Source of the DNA: Candidatus Latescibacterota bacterium
Lineage (GTDB): Bacteria > Latescibacterota > UBA2968
NCBI GenBank assembly: GCA_965116885.1
Contig: OZ220741.1
Span: forward strand, 3,488,001-3,552,000
Direction: 5' to 3'
Length of the DNA stretch: 64,000 nt
Shown piece by piece: positions 1 through 12,667 of the stretch (its first letter is position 1; each line of letters begins with the position of its first letter). The notes beneath the pieces were generated by a model. It made no database searches, had not been told where the DNA came from, and worked only from the letters and a program-made list of their open reading frames with translations. The position numbers were made by a program, and so were the translations under genes.

Positions 1-671
1 TGACAGGTTGCGCCGGGATATTCGGCGGTGAAGAGTCGATTGGCGGTCATCATGATGACGGGATGAGCGGCAAAGTGGATTGCGGTCGCGATGGGTTGGC
101 CCTGGGGTGTGTCGAATCGCAGGACAGTGACTGCGGGGTCAACAGGGCCGTTGGGGAGTTTTTCGGGATTGAGGTTAAACGATTTAAAGCTGCCGTCGGG
201 CAATATCTGGCGTCTGTTGTAGGCGAGGTCGGTGTTGACAGCGCCTGTTGAGAGTGTGGCGGGTTTGAGATTGGTTAGAGACTCGACAGCAGCCTCGACA
301 ACTTGCTTTCTTATGTGAACAATCGCATGATCTTCGGGGCTTCCGCCAAAGTAATAGATGCATTCTGGGCCACTGTGATTGTGGGTGCTACACAGGATCA
401 GGTTTTCGGGCGGAAGATCGGATTGTGCGGCAAAAGCATCGCGCATGGCATCGACGTCGATCCACTGAAAGCTCAGGAGGTCTGCCGAGCAAATGACGAT
501 GGTGGTCGTATCGTCAGACAGGGCCAGTGCTTTGACGTATAATGGATCATGGATGCCTTCTGCAATGCGGGGTTGCATGGGCGAGCGGTTTACGGGAAAA
601 GCACCCATGGCAGATCCCGTAGATGGTGTGATGTCTCGTTGTGCTGTACCAATTTTTATTATGTCTGCCAA
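1..671 (-). CDS. Neutral/alkaline ceramidase-like N-terminal domain protein (partial, runs off window start)
   Basis: Not in ORF track. My translation from TTG at 671 reads LADIIKIGTAQRDITP...GIHDPLYVKALAL...STHNHSGPE...NRR...GPVDPAVTVL...HFAAHP...AEYPG, open to position 1. The THxHSGP and HP motifs are typical of the family. Confidence 0.75.
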   Translation of the reverse strand, partial: MADIIKIGTAQRDITPSTGSAMGAFPVNRSPMQPRIAEGIHDPLYVKALALSDDTTTIVICSADLLSFQWIDVDAMRDAFAAQSDLPPENLILCSTHNHSGPECIYYFGGSPEDHAIVHIRKQVVEAAVESLTNLKPATLSTGAVNTDLAYNRRQILPDGSFKSFNLNPEKLPNGPVDPAVTVLRFDTPQGQPIATAIHFAAHPVIMMTANRLFTAEYPGATC

Positions 672-725
672 GGCTCAGATATCCTGTTTTGTATTCGAAC
701 CATCTTCCTTCTGTTGAAACGCTGC

Positions 726-2141
726 TTAAAGCGTCAGCGCATTCCACGGTTGTGTCGGGTAATCCACCCACTGTTTTGATCCGCGCTCAAACGCCCACCG
801 ATACTCAGCGATTGCGCCTGCTTGTAGTTCTGCAATTCGCGGTGCATGTGCCGGGTCATTTGCCAAATTTACAAACTCATACGGGTCTTCAGCAATGTGA
901 TAAAGCTCTGGTCCATAAGGTCCATGAATATATTTCCAGTCTTGCGTGCGAATGCTCAGGCTCAAATCTCGCGGATACTGTAACTCCGTAATCGCCACCT
1001 TCCGTTCCCGTTCACGACCATCAAATAGTGCCTTCAAACTCATGCCGGGTAAATGCAGGGGAATATCCATCCCCGCAAAATCGAATGCTGTAGGTAGTAC
1101 ATCCAACAGGTTCACAAGTGAATCGTTCACCAAACCCGTTTGAAATCCCTTTGGCGGTTTCACAATGAATGGAATGCGAATGGCCTGTTCGTAGAGGTTG
1201 TATTTCGAAAATGCGGTTACCCCTCGCGATCCCAACAGTTCACCGTGGTCAGAGAGAAAAATGATCAGCGTGTCATCGTACAATTCATTGCGATCCAGGG
1301 CGTCTATCACTTGCTGATGACTCCGGTCGCAGGCTGTGACAAAAGCCATGTAATTTGCAATCGCATCTCGCAGTTCTTCTCGCTCTAATCCGACAAAATT
1401 GGGATAAGCATCTCTATCGGGTAAATTATCCGGCGGTTCTGGTGGTAACGCAACGTCGGCAGGGTCATATAAATCTGCCAAATTAGCTGGCGTTACATGA
1501 GGTGCATGAGGCCCTGACAAACTGCAAATCATGAAAAACGGATTGTCCTTGTTTTCTTCCACAAAGGCAGCGGCCTGTCCGCCGACCCACCAGTCGCGCG
1601 TTTGCTCTAATCTCAAGCTGGTCGTAAATCCCTTAAATGCCGCCGCACAATTGTCTCCACCCCGACCAATTCCACGCGCTTCTCGCTCGCCCGTCCCCGT
1701 CTCCACCCAATCCCGATGTTCCGCCACAAAGTGGCTGTCCATACGCTCGCCCGTCTCGTGAAACGGCCCTGCCCGATGATCAAATCCGTAATAGTTGTCG
1801 CGTTCAATAGCCGCCTGATACGGTATTGTATGCATCTTGCCAAAGGCACCCGTTACAAAACCCGCCTGTCCAAACGCCTTTCCCATTGTCCACTCGGGGA
1901 TTTGTGCGGGATTCAGTAAATGCCGATTGGAATAAATCCCCGACTGAAATGCATATCGCCCGTGCAACATCGAATGCCTACTCGGCAAACACGGCGATAC
2001 AGCACACGTTGCCTGCGTAAACCGCATGCCCTCCTGGGCCAAACGATCATACGCTGGTGTCTGCAACCCCGGATAACCCGCACATCCGAGAAAGGAATGC
2101 GCGTGCTGGTCGTTCATTAAAATCACAACATTCATAACCAT
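726..2141 (-). CDS. Sulfatase (Cys-type)
   Basis: N-terminal NVVILMNDQ, CLPSR signature, GKMH, SDHGE, C-terminal ELY..EDPYE. Confidence 0.93.
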   Translation of the reverse strand: MVMNVVILMNDQHAHSFLGCAGYPGLQTPAYDRLAQEGMRFTQATCAVSPCLPSRHSMLHGRYAFQSGIYSNRHLLNPAQIPEWTMGKAFGQAGFVTGAFGKMHTIPYQAAIERDNYYGFDHRAGPFHETGERMDSHFVAEHRDWVETGTGEREARGIGRGGDNCAAAFKGFTTSLRLEQTRDWWVGGQAAAFVEENKDNPFFMICSLSGPHAPHVTPANLADLYDPADVALPPEPPDNLPDRDAYPNFVGLEREELRDAIANYMAFVTACDRSHQQVIDALDRNELYDDTLIIFLSDHGELLGSRGVTAFSKYNLYEQAIRIPFIVKPPKGFQTGLVNDSLVNLLDVLPTAFDFAGMDIPLHLPGMSLKALFDGRERERKVAITELQYPRDLSLSIRTQDWKYIHGPYGPELYHIAEDPYEFVNLANDPAHAPRIAELQAGAIAEYRWAFERGSKQWVDYPTQPWNALTL

Positions 2142-2155
2142 TCTCCATCGAGCAA

Positions 2156-3625
2156 TCAGTAAATATATCGCACCCGCCTGAACTCACCGAGCATCGGGTC
2201 CTTCACGCGTTCCATGTGATCTTGCATGCATTGCATCAGAGATTCCTGCAATGTCTTGTGTGTCTCGAGACCGTAGAGGTTGTGCAATTCGTGCGGATCG
2301 TTTTCGAGGTCATAAAGCTCTCCAATATCCGATTGATTAAACGCGAATTTGTGCGTCCTGGTGCGCACCATACGAGACTTGTGCTCCTGAATCTGACCGT
2401 TGAACTGACAGTACACGCTGTCACGCCCCGTCGGTTCATCCTCTCCTTTCAACAGCGAAAGAATGCTCTGCGTGTCGGGTACAATATCGGGTTGCAGACC
2501 TGCGGCTTCCAAAAAACTCGGAAACAGATCCTGCAGATAGACAAATTCGTCGTTCTCTCTGCCTGGCTGACGGCATTCGGGATGCGCTGCGATTAGAGGC
2601 AGGCGAAAACTTTCCTCATCAAAATAAGGCCCTTTTTCAAACAGCTTGTGTGCCCCCATATTGTCTCCGTGATCGGTGGAAAATACAACAAGTGTGTTTT
2701 CCGCCAGGCCGAGCGTTTCCAACTCGGAAAGCATCTGCCCAACCAGATCATCGATCATCGTCATATACCCCCAGTAGCGCGCCGTAATCTCCGCCCATTC
2801 GTCCCAGTTGTTGGGATCAATCCCCCAATAGCGAGAGACCAGAGTCTGAACATAGGGACGATTCTCCAGCGTATCGCAGAAACTCGGGTCCTCCGGAATG
2901 GACTTCGGGTCGTACATCGAGTAATACGGTTCCGGCACGATACACGGACTGTGCGGGCCCCAGAAATTGGTCCAGATAAAAAAGGGATCTTCTTCCTGTG
3001 CATACGCCCGCATAAGCTCAACCGTTTCCGAGGCAACCATGGCTTCGAAATTGTGTTCAATAGTTCCGGCATGGAGGCCGTGCAATTCCCGATTTCGCTG
3101 CCCTGGATTTCCCTGAGCATAGAACGCTTCTATAAGCTCTGGCGGTTCCAGGTTCTTCTCGTTCAAATAGTCCAGGTAATTCCTCGCAATCTGGGAATTC
3201 TCCCGCGCACCGCTCTTGATACCTGGCATATTGATATTGGATGCGGGATAGCCATATCCGGGAAAATCGCGTTTACAGCGAAATCCCCAATCACTTGGAT
3301 TCCTCTGGTGATCTACATGCCACTTTCCAGCATACCCCAGGTTGTATCCTGCCCGGGGTAGCTCTGTCGCGAAATTGGGAAGCGACTGATCCAACTGCCC
3401 ACCGTTGGTTTCAACCCCGGTAATGTGACCGTACCGACCTGTAAATAGCGCGGCTCGACCGGGCGCACATGGGATGATAAGCGGAAATGCATTGTTGAAG
3501 CGCACACCCCGGCTTGATAGGTTGTCAATATGTGGTGTTCTGCACTGGGAGGCACCATAACACCCCAGCAGATCCCAGCGCTGTTGATCCGTTAGAATGA
3601 GCAGAATATTCGGTTTCTCTTGCAT
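2156..3625 (-). CDS. Sulfatase (Cys-type)
   Basis: Start moved to MQEKPNILLILTDQ (GAGGA RBS upstream). CAPGR, GKWH, TDHGD. Confidence 0.92.
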   Translation of the reverse strand: MQEKPNILLILTDQQRWDLLGCYGASQCRTPHIDNLSSRGVRFNNAFPLIIPCAPGRAALFTGRYGHITGVETNGGQLDQSLPNFATELPRAGYNLGYAGKWHVDHQRNPSDWGFRCKRDFPGYGYPASNINMPGIKSGARENSQIARNYLDYLNEKNLEPPELIEAFYAQGNPGQRNRELHGLHAGTIEHNFEAMVASETVELMRAYAQEEDPFFIWTNFWGPHSPCIVPEPYYSMYDPKSIPEDPSFCDTLENRPYVQTLVSRYWGIDPNNWDEWAEITARYWGYMTMIDDLVGQMLSELETLGLAENTLVVFSTDHGDNMGAHKLFEKGPYFDEESFRLPLIAAHPECRQPGRENDEFVYLQDLFPSFLEAAGLQPDIVPDTQSILSLLKGEDEPTGRDSVYCQFNGQIQEHKSRMVRTRTHKFAFNQSDIGELYDLENDPHELHNLYGLETHKTLQESLMQCMQDHMERVKDPMLGEFRRVRYIY

Positions 3626-3647
3626 ACTTGTGTCCTCACAATTTTTC

Positions 3648-4511
3648 CTAACTCGCCATCGCCAGTATCCGATCTTCATCTATCAGGAATTCTTTCGGTA
3701 AATCGAGGGGGTGGCCGTTTTTACACACGGGCAAATAATCCAGATATTTATTTCCAGGACGGAGCGCTCGCATCCAGGATACATCGCGTTTGGCGATAAA
3801 CGTCCCTGCCAGACCGATGCGTTGTTTGTCTGAGCGGTTTGGACCGCTATAGTGCAGTGCATTTTGATGCCATACCAGAATATCTCCGGGTTCCATTTCA
3901 CAGGCCACCGCGTCCTGTTTCGGGTTATAGCCGTGATCGCGCGGATCCACTTCCGTGAGCTTATTGCCCTGCCGCTGGTGTGCAATGCGTCCCAGTTTCT
4001 GGGAAAAAGGAATTAGCTGTAAGCATCCATTCTCTTTTGTTGCCCGATCAATTGCAATCCAAAAATCAAACATCACAGGCTCGTTGGGATCATAGGGGGC
4101 TGGGGGCATGTTCCAGGCCGCAGAATCCTGATGCCAGGGAGTAATAGAGCCGTGCCTGGGGGGTTTTAGAAAGAAGCCGCCGGCGTTTACACAAAAGTCA
4201 TCCTGTAAAACAGAGCGCACCAGCCCGACGGTTCGCGGATTTGAAATCATCTTTTTCCAGAGCGTTTCATTGTGATACGCCGGACTATTTAATCGATAAA
4301 ATCGGTGCAGTGGATTCCCGGCATTCGGCCGGTCCTCCTTCACATGCCCGATTCCCAAATGCTCGTATATGTCGGCGTGTTCGGCAATAAATCGAACGCG
4401 CTCTTTGATTATGGGTATATCGTCGCGGTTCAACAATCCCTGAAAGATGAAATATCCCTTGTCCAGCAATTCCCGGTTCCAATTTTTGTCGCGTATCTCG
4501 TCTCTTTTCAT
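3648..4511 (-). CDS. PhyH-family Fe(II)/2-oxoglutarate dioxygenase
   Basis: WHQD...WIAID.ATKENGCL..IP.S...GD...LHYSGPN. Confidence 0.9.
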   Translation of the reverse strand: MKRDEIRDKNWNRELLDKGYFIFQGLLNRDDIPIIKERVRFIAEHADIYEHLGIGHVKEDRPNAGNPLHRFYRLNSPAYHNETLWKKMISNPRTVGLVRSVLQDDFCVNAGGFFLKPPRHGSITPWHQDSAAWNMPPAPYDPNEPVMFDFWIAIDRATKENGCLQLIPFSQKLGRIAHQRQGNKLTEVDPRDHGYNPKQDAVACEMEPGDILVWHQNALHYSGPNRSDKQRIGLAGTFIAKRDVSWMRALRPGNKYLDYLPVCKNGHPLDLPKEFLIDEDRILAMAS

Positions 4512-4534
4512 AATAGATTTCCTCTGTTAATAGC

Positions 4535-5689
4535 CTAATCTGCCAGCCCATCCTGGTTTTCATCGTCTATGCCGGCATAGGGGCTTTCGACGATGGCCTC
4601 CCAAGCCACCCGACGCATAATCCTATCAACCCGTTCGGGGATCCCTTCAGGCACGTAATCGGCGATGGTTTCCGGACTTCTCCGGTAAAGCATTCCGAAG
4701 TACATATATCCCGCCAGTTGCTCAATCCCACTTGTTCTGGATAGGTGACCGCCGTCTCGATAGATCCCGCGTTTGCCGGCTTGACCTCGGTTTTCATCAA
4801 TGCAGTCAAATTCGGGAAGCTTCCCTTCATGGTACAACCGGATCATTTTCATAACGGCTTCTCCTGCTGGGATCATGTGAACTTTTCCAGGGTACTTCTC
4901 TTCCAAATGGGTGTATAGCAGTTCATCGATGGTTTTTTGCAGGTATTTGTGGTCGGCTTCCAGGCTGGCCATTACCTCATCGGGTTGCTTTTCCTTGTAA
5001 GCGGGAAGATGTCGTGGCCATCCGTCCTGGATGTAGAATCTCATTTCGGGATTGTTCTCAAGGCAGAAGTCGATCCACTGTGTGTAATACTCGGGCAGGT
5101 CATCGTAATAACAGCCCCAGGTCATGACGTCCCATTCGCCAGTTGCAATCGCGGGCAGCAAAATGGGCGCGGGGGGTGTGTCTTCGTTCCATTTGCCGAA
5201 TTCCTTGAGCCATATTGCATTGGCGGCTCCCGTCGATCCGCCCCCTCCGTGGACGCGCTGGCGATGGCCCGTGTATCCCGCCGCCCCGGCAATTTCGATG
5301 AGCTTGTTTCGGCCAGGTGCGACCCAGCTATGTCCTGTCATTACGATTCGAAGTCCATTCCCTTTTTCAAAGGATAGGGGACCTCGCTGTGCCGAGTTTT
5401 TCCCCATTTCTATGAATTTGACGAATTCGGCTTTGTCCGGTTTGTGAATCAGGGTCTTTTGAATCCGCGCGCCAGTCCGGTTGGGTTGTGTGCTGTTTGG
5501 CCCTATTGTTTCGGCCTGATATGCGCGCCATTCCGCTGCTGTAAGGATTCCGTCCTTATTCTTATCCGCCTTCGGGTACTGCGTCAGGAATCTTTTGAAA
5601 CGCGGATCCGTCTCCGATGTTCTCTGTTGCGCCAAAGCCTGTCCCATAAAACAGCAAAGGCAAAATACAAAGATGAATTTTGTTCTCAT
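4535..5689 (-). CDS. Secreted protein with EF-hand-like motif and SGNH-like hydrolase domain
   Basis: Start MRTKFIF (AGGAG RBS), signal peptide ending ALA, DKNKDGILTAAE loop, GHSW and DGGH motifs. Confidence 0.6.
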   Translation of the reverse strand: MRTKFIFVFCLCCFMGQALAQQRTSETDPRFKRFLTQYPKADKNKDGILTAAEWRAYQAETIGPNSTQPNRTGARIQKTLIHKPDKAEFVKFIEMGKNSAQRGPLSFEKGNGLRIVMTGHSWVAPGRNKLIEIAGAAGYTGHRQRVHGGGGSTGAANAIWLKEFGKWNEDTPPAPILLPAIATGEWDVMTWGCYYDDLPEYYTQWIDFCLENNPEMRFYIQDGWPRHLPAYKEKQPDEVMASLEADHKYLQKTIDELLYTHLEEKYPGKVHMIPAGEAVMKMIRLYHEGKLPEFDCIDENRGQAGKRGIYRDGGHLSRTSGIEQLAGYMYFGMLYRRSPETIADYVPEGIPERVDRIMRRVAWEAIVESPYAGIDDENQDGLAD

Positions 5690-5727
5690 CGGCTGCTCCT
5701 TCGTGTTAGAAGATGGAAATACTATTG

Positions 5728-5753
5728 ACAATATAGCTTCCGATACCGGTCAT
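5728..5753 (+). repeat. 26-bp imperfect direct repeat, copy 1 (partner 6916..6941)
   Basis: ACAATATAGCTTCCGATACCGGTCAT vs ACAATATAGTTTCCAATACCGGTCAT, 24/26 identical. Confidence 0.85.
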
Positions 5754-5764
5754 CCTTTGCGTAT

Positions 5765-6796
5765 TTACTCTATGTTCTCCATAGCCTGACGGCGACGGCG
5801 ACGGGCAAGTTCTCGCAGATCCACAACCTCATCTGTCTCATCCACAATTTCACGTCCGATTATCGCTTCAAGCACGTCTTCCAGGGTCACCACACCAGCC
5901 AATCCACCGTATTCATCGATCGCGACAAACAGATGTTGCCTGCGCTCGAGAAACATGCGCAACACCCGATCCAATGTCAGCGTTTCCACCACAAAGTGCG
6001 CGCCATGTGAGAGACTTTGAACGGGAATATCTTCGCGACCTTCGGCAGCCGACGATAAAATATCCCGACGGTACACGATCCCAACGACATCCTCGGTATC
6101 TTCATCTACTATGGGAATGCGATTATATGATGGAACACCATCTTGCAACACCTCATTTACTTTTTGCTGGGCTTGAAGCGAATAAACGACCGTGCGCGGT
6201 GTCATTATTTCCTGAACTGTTTTCTCTTTTAACAATAGAATATTCTGAATAGCACTGCCTTCTTCTGCATTAATGGTTCCCGCATGTCGCCCCATATTTA
6301 CCAATGCTATGAGTTCCTCTGAAGACACGACATGTTCAACTTTACCATGAGATATTAGCCGCGTCACAAATTGGCACAGCCAGATAAGCGGTGCTTGTAT
6401 CCAGATCAAGAACTGGATGGGATAGGCAATCAAGGACACGAGGTGCCGGGCATAAACCACGCCAATTGTCTTTGGAATAATCTCAGAAAATAAAAGTATC
6501 ACCAGGGTGAATACCACTGAAAAATGCGGCAACCACGGCTCACCCAGAACTTCTGCCGCTGCCGCGCCAGCAAGGGCGGCGCCACCCGTATGTGCAATTG
6601 TGTTAAGGGAAAGGATACCCGCAATAGGCACATCCACATTTTCTCTAAACTTTTTCAATAACCGGCCAGAAACACTGCCCGTTTTTGCCAGTGATTCGAT
6701 ATGCCCAATAGGAACTGAATACAATGCCGCTTCAAAAAGTGAACACATAAAAGAAAAGAAAACGGCAAAACTCGCAAAAAAAATCAATTCAAACAT
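5765..6796 (-). CDS. CNNM/DUF21 plus CBS-pair membrane protein (hemolysin/CorC-like)
   Basis: SFMCSLFEAAL, FSEIIPKT, IMTPR, DEYGG.AGVVTLEDVLE.IIG.EI.DE.D. Confidence 0.93.
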   Translation of the reverse strand: MFELIFFASFAVFFSFMCSLFEAALYSVPIGHIESLAKTGSVSGRLLKKFRENVDVPIAGILSLNTIAHTGGAALAGAAAAEVLGEPWLPHFSVVFTLVILLFSEIIPKTIGVVYARHLVSLIAYPIQFLIWIQAPLIWLCQFVTRLISHGKVEHVVSSEELIALVNMGRHAGTINAEEGSAIQNILLLKEKTVQEIMTPRTVVYSLQAQQKVNEVLQDGVPSYNRIPIVDEDTEDVVGIVYRRDILSSAAEGREDIPVQSLSHGAHFVVETLTLDRVLRMFLERRQHLFVAIDEYGGLAGVVTLEDVLEAIIGREIVDETDEVVDLRELARRRRRQAMENIE

Positions 6797-6915
6797 CTGA
6801 TAACTCCTCTCTGTCTAAAATGATTTAGTATATGTCTTTTCGGGCTAATTCTCTATCTGGAGTCAGATTTTCCAGAATAATCTGTAAGGTTCAAATCGTG
6901 GCTGTTGTTATCGTA

Positions 6916-6941
6916 ACAATATAGTTTCCAATACCGGTCAT
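6916..6941 (+). repeat. 26-bp imperfect direct repeat, copy 2 (partner 5728..5753)
   Basis: See copy 1. Both copies contain a minus-strand TATATT. Confidence 0.85.
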
Positions 6942-7013
6942 TTCCAGCGAAACTTTCTCTATGCCCAAGAACAAATCGGTCACATGGGCCAACCCGACGC
7001 GAAGTTGAATTAA

Positions 7014-9266
<2,253 letters not shown>

Positions 9267-9295
9267 TTTCAAAGACCTGGACCGCAAGTCCTTGC

Positions 9296-9328
9296 AGGGG
9301 AGGACACCGAATGCTGGTGTCCTCCCCT
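9296..9328 (+). terminator. Hairpin / probable intrinsic terminator after katG
   Basis: AGGGGAGGACACC-gaatgct-GGTGTCCTCCCCT, 13-bp stem, weak U tail. Confidence 0.7.
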
Positions 9329-9392
9329 TATGTCTTGTTGAGAAATTGAGTCGTATGTCCTGTTTCGTTCATTCCACAAGTAGAAGAACACT

Positions 9393-10505
9393 ATGTATCA
9401 ACGCATTACGACTTTTGCCATGATCGCCATCGCGCTGACGTTGGTCGCATTGTTTATCACAGGTAGGACACTGCCTTCAACTGCTGCGGCGTGTCCTGGG
9501 GATTTTGACGGCAATAGGCGCGTTAATATAGCCAATTTTCTGTTCTTTGTAGAGGTCTTTGGCACCAGTTCTGCGGATGCGAATTACAATGCACAGATGG
9601 ATTTTGACAGTAGTGGGCGCGTTGATATAGCCGATTTTCTGGCTTTTGTAGAGGTTTTTGGTACAGAGTGCGATGGTAGTAGTGATACAAATACAACGGG
9701 TTTATTTTCACAAACACTTTTCCATGATGGTATAACAAGAGAATATATCATATATGTGCCTGGCTCTTATGATGGAACTTCAAAAGTTCCACTGATGCTT
9801 AATTTTCACGGATATGGTGGGTTTGCAAACCAGTACTTAAAATATGCAGATATGCGGCCTCTGGCAGATATAGAAAATTTTATTCTGGTTTATCCCCAAG
9901 GTACCTTGCTGGGTGAATACCCGCACTGGAATGCTGGTTTAGAATCAGATGATAATAAAAGTGATGCGGATGACTTTGGCTTTGTGGAAGCATTAATTGA
10001 TGAAATTTGTTCCAGGTATAATATTGATTCGGCGAGAGTATATTCCTGTGGTTACTCAAATGGAGCTTTTTTTTCTTATGCACTTGCTTGCTATCACAGT
10101 GACAAAATAGCGGCCATAGGTTCTGTTGCTGGAACAATGATGGAGGAAACATATAATAACTGTAGGCCATCACACCCTACGGCTATGATAAATATTCACG
10201 GTACATCAGACTATGTTGTCCCTTATGGTGGGGGTAGTGCAGGGTTATTGTCAATTGATGAGGTGCTTGCTTATTGGATAGGGTTTAATAACGCCAGTAC
10301 TGCTCCGATCATAAATCGTATGAATGATAGTGGCGTAACAATAGAACGTTATTCCTATGCAGATGGAGACAACAGTACTTCTGTAGAGCATTACAAGGTT
10401 ATTGACGGAGGGCATGTCTGGTTTGATATTAGCTACGATGGCTCTAATACCAGTCGTTTGATCTGGAATTTTGTGTCGAGGTATGATATTCATGGAACGA
10501 ACTGA
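9393..10505 (+). CDS. Secreted dockerin/EF-hand-like domain fused to PHB depolymerase/LpqP-family esterase
   Basis: Signal peptide, duplicated DFDG..RV.IA.FL.FVEVFG, then NFHGYG, VYPQG, GYSNG (GxSxG), HGTSD, GGHVW. Confidence 0.85.
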   Translation: MYQRITTFAMIAIALTLVALFITGRTLPSTAAACPGDFDGNRRVNIANFLFFVEVFGTSSADANYNAQMDFDSSGRVDIADFLAFVEVFGTECDGSSDTNTTGLFSQTLFHDGITREYIIYVPGSYDGTSKVPLMLNFHGYGGFANQYLKYADMRPLADIENFILVYPQGTLLGEYPHWNAGLESDDNKSDADDFGFVEALIDEICSRYNIDSARVYSCGYSNGAFFSYALACYHSDKIAAIGSVAGTMMEETYNNCRPSHPTAMINIHGTSDYVVPYGGGSAGLLSIDEVLAYWIGFNNASTAPIINRMNDSGVTIERYSYADGDNSTSVEHYKVIDGGHVWFDISYDGSNTSRLIWNFVSRYDIHGTN

Positions 10506-10584
10506 ATGCCCGAGAACAGCGGGAAATAACAGACCTTTTAACTAACCTGCCAGCAATCGCTGGCTCATAACCTGAGGACATATT

Positions 10585-11418
10585 ATGCAAGTGGGAATTA
10601 TGTCAGGTCAAATCGCTCGGCCGACCCTGGAGGAAACGCTCGACGCCATACTTGGGCACGACATCAGGCATCTTCAATTCAATTTGGGATCCCTGAATGT
10701 GGAGGGTTCGCTGTCTGATAAACTCGCAAAGGCACCTGTGGTTCGGGCGGAGATCGAAAAGCGCGGCATGGTCATCGCTGCCCTGGCTGGCACGGTCAAT
10801 ATGGTTCATCCCGATGAAGAAAAACGCCAGGAAGCCATCGAGCATCTCAAATTGCTTATCCCGGCGTGTGCCCCGATGGGTACCTCGGTGATTGCCACCT
10901 GTACCGGATCGCGCGATTCGGAGAGCATGTGGCACTGGCACCCGGATAACGATACAGAAGAAGCCTGGCAGGTGCTACGCAATACCCTGGAACAGGTACT
11001 GCCGGTTGCCGAAGCGGCTGGCGTGATCCTTGCGTTTGAACCAGAGATAAACAATGTCGCCAGCACAGTGCATAAGAGTCGGCAACTGATTGATGAAATG
11101 GGGTCACCCAACCTGAAAGTCGTGATGGATGCCGCCAATATTTTTGGCAAAGATGACCTGTCTCGCATGAAGGAGGTCTTAGACGAGGCTTTCGAGCTTT
11201 TGGGCGACCACATTGCCATGGCCCATGGCAAAGATCTGGATCGCGGTGGCGATGCAGGCCATCTCGCCGCAGGTACCGGCAAGCTCGATTACGCCCATTA
11301 TGTATCGTTGCTCTGTGCACTTCCCTTCGACGTGTCGGTCATTCTGCATGGCCTTTCCGAAGATCAGGTGGATGAAAGTGTTGCGATGCTCCGGGGTCAC
11401 GCTGCAGCATACCAGTAA
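10585..11418 (+). CDS. Sugar phosphate isomerase/epimerase (xylose isomerase-like TIM barrel)
   Basis: LAFEPE, MDAAN, AHGKD, AAGTGKLDY. Confidence 0.88.
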   Translation: MQVGIMSGQIARPTLEETLDAILGHDIRHLQFNLGSLNVEGSLSDKLAKAPVVRAEIEKRGMVIAALAGTVNMVHPDEEKRQEAIEHLKLLIPACAPMGTSVIATCTGSRDSESMWHWHPDNDTEEAWQVLRNTLEQVLPVAEAAGVILAFEPEINNVASTVHKSRQLIDEMGSPNLKVVMDAANIFGKDDLSRMKEVLDEAFELLGDHIAMAHGKDLDRGGDAGHLAAGTGKLDYAHYVSLLCALPFDVSVILHGLSEDQVDESVAMLRGHAAAYQ

Positions 11419-11430
11419 GGGATTGACGAT

Positions 11431-12633
11431 ATGAAAGCTAAAGTTGCCATTCTGGGCTGTGGAGGGGCGTCGCAAAAATGGCATTTGCCGACAATGCACA
11501 CGCTCGCCAAACACGGTGAACTCGATTTTGTCGCGCTCTGCGATATGGATAAGTCGTTAGCGAAACAGACCGGAGAAATCTACGGTGTTCCGTGGTACGC
11601 CAGTGTCGAGGAGATGCTGGAAAAACACCCGGATATCATGGCCGTAGATGTCATCGCTGGCGATCCCCTACACCATGTACTTGGCAGGCTGATCGCAGAG
11701 CACGGCAAACACGTCATGGTGGAAAAGCCGATGGCGCTGACCTTGCCCTGTTGCGACATTATCATCGATGCCTGCCGCCGTAACAGCGTGCATTTTGAGG
11801 TGGCAGAAAATTATTTTCGCATGCCGAAGCAGCGGATGATTATCAAGCTCATTGAAGAGGGGATTCTGGGCGATATCGTTCGCGTGTATTTCGTTGAGCC
11901 CAAGCGGCAGGATCCATTTGAGGCGACTGTTACGCACAGCGGTTTGGGCCGACCCATTTCGGGGTTTGGGCGCACTTCTGGCATGTGCATGGATATGGGG
12001 GCACATCGGTTGTCACAGTTGCGGTTGTACGCGCAAAGCGAGCCCCAGCAGATTACCGCGACGGTGAGAAAGTACCGGTCGGATCCCATGAGTATCCATG
12101 AGGACTGGGCGCATGCAATGATCGATTTTGAAAGCGGTGCAGTGGGTATTTATGAGACGTCGCGTCTTGGCGAGGCACAGAAATACTGCCAGATTATCGG
12201 TACTCTTGGCGGTATTCTCGATACCGACTATTTCGGCCCGGAGATCCCCCTGCGTTTGCGCATCGGCGAGGAGATGCAGGATATCCCTGTCGAGACCGAA
12301 CGCCGTCAAATTGATGGCGTGGATGTATTGCAGCGGATTGTCGTGCATACGGATCCTGAGATCGTCTATGAGAATCCGTTTCGGGACTATGCCATCGACG
12401 ATTGGTGTGTCGGTCACGCTTCCGAGATTATGAGCATCGCGAATGCAGCGCTCAACGACGAGCCTCCCGAATACGGTCTCGGCGGTCGGAAAGATGTTGA
12501 AATGGCCATGGCGATTTACGAATCGTCGCTCAACGGCATGACACCCATTAAGTTGCCCCTCGAGGGCGTGACCGCTTACGAGCAGATGGTACACGAGGAT
12601 TATCTCGAAAAGTTTGGCCGCCCCATTTTATGA
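11431..12633 (+). CDS. Gfo/Idh/MocA oxidoreductase
   Basis: VAILGCGG, HVMVEKPMA, DMGAH. Confidence 0.9.
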   Translation: MKAKVAILGCGGASQKWHLPTMHTLAKHGELDFVALCDMDKSLAKQTGEIYGVPWYASVEEMLEKHPDIMAVDVIAGDPLHHVLGRLIAEHGKHVMVEKPMALTLPCCDIIIDACRRNSVHFEVAENYFRMPKQRMIIKLIEEGILGDIVRVYFVEPKRQDPFEATVTHSGLGRPISGFGRTSGMCMDMGAHRLSQLRLYAQSEPQQITATVRKYRSDPMSIHEDWAHAMIDFESGAVGIYETSRLGEAQKYCQIIGTLGGILDTDYFGPEIPLRLRIGEEMQDIPVETERRQIDGVDVLQRIVVHTDPEIVYENPFRDYAIDDWCVGHASEIMSIANAALNDEPPEYGLGGRKDVEMAMAIYESSLNGMTPIKLPLEGVTAYEQMVHEDYLEKFGRPIL

Positions 12634-12667
12634 GACAACCGTTAGAAACCAGGAAGGGAAAACAAAT

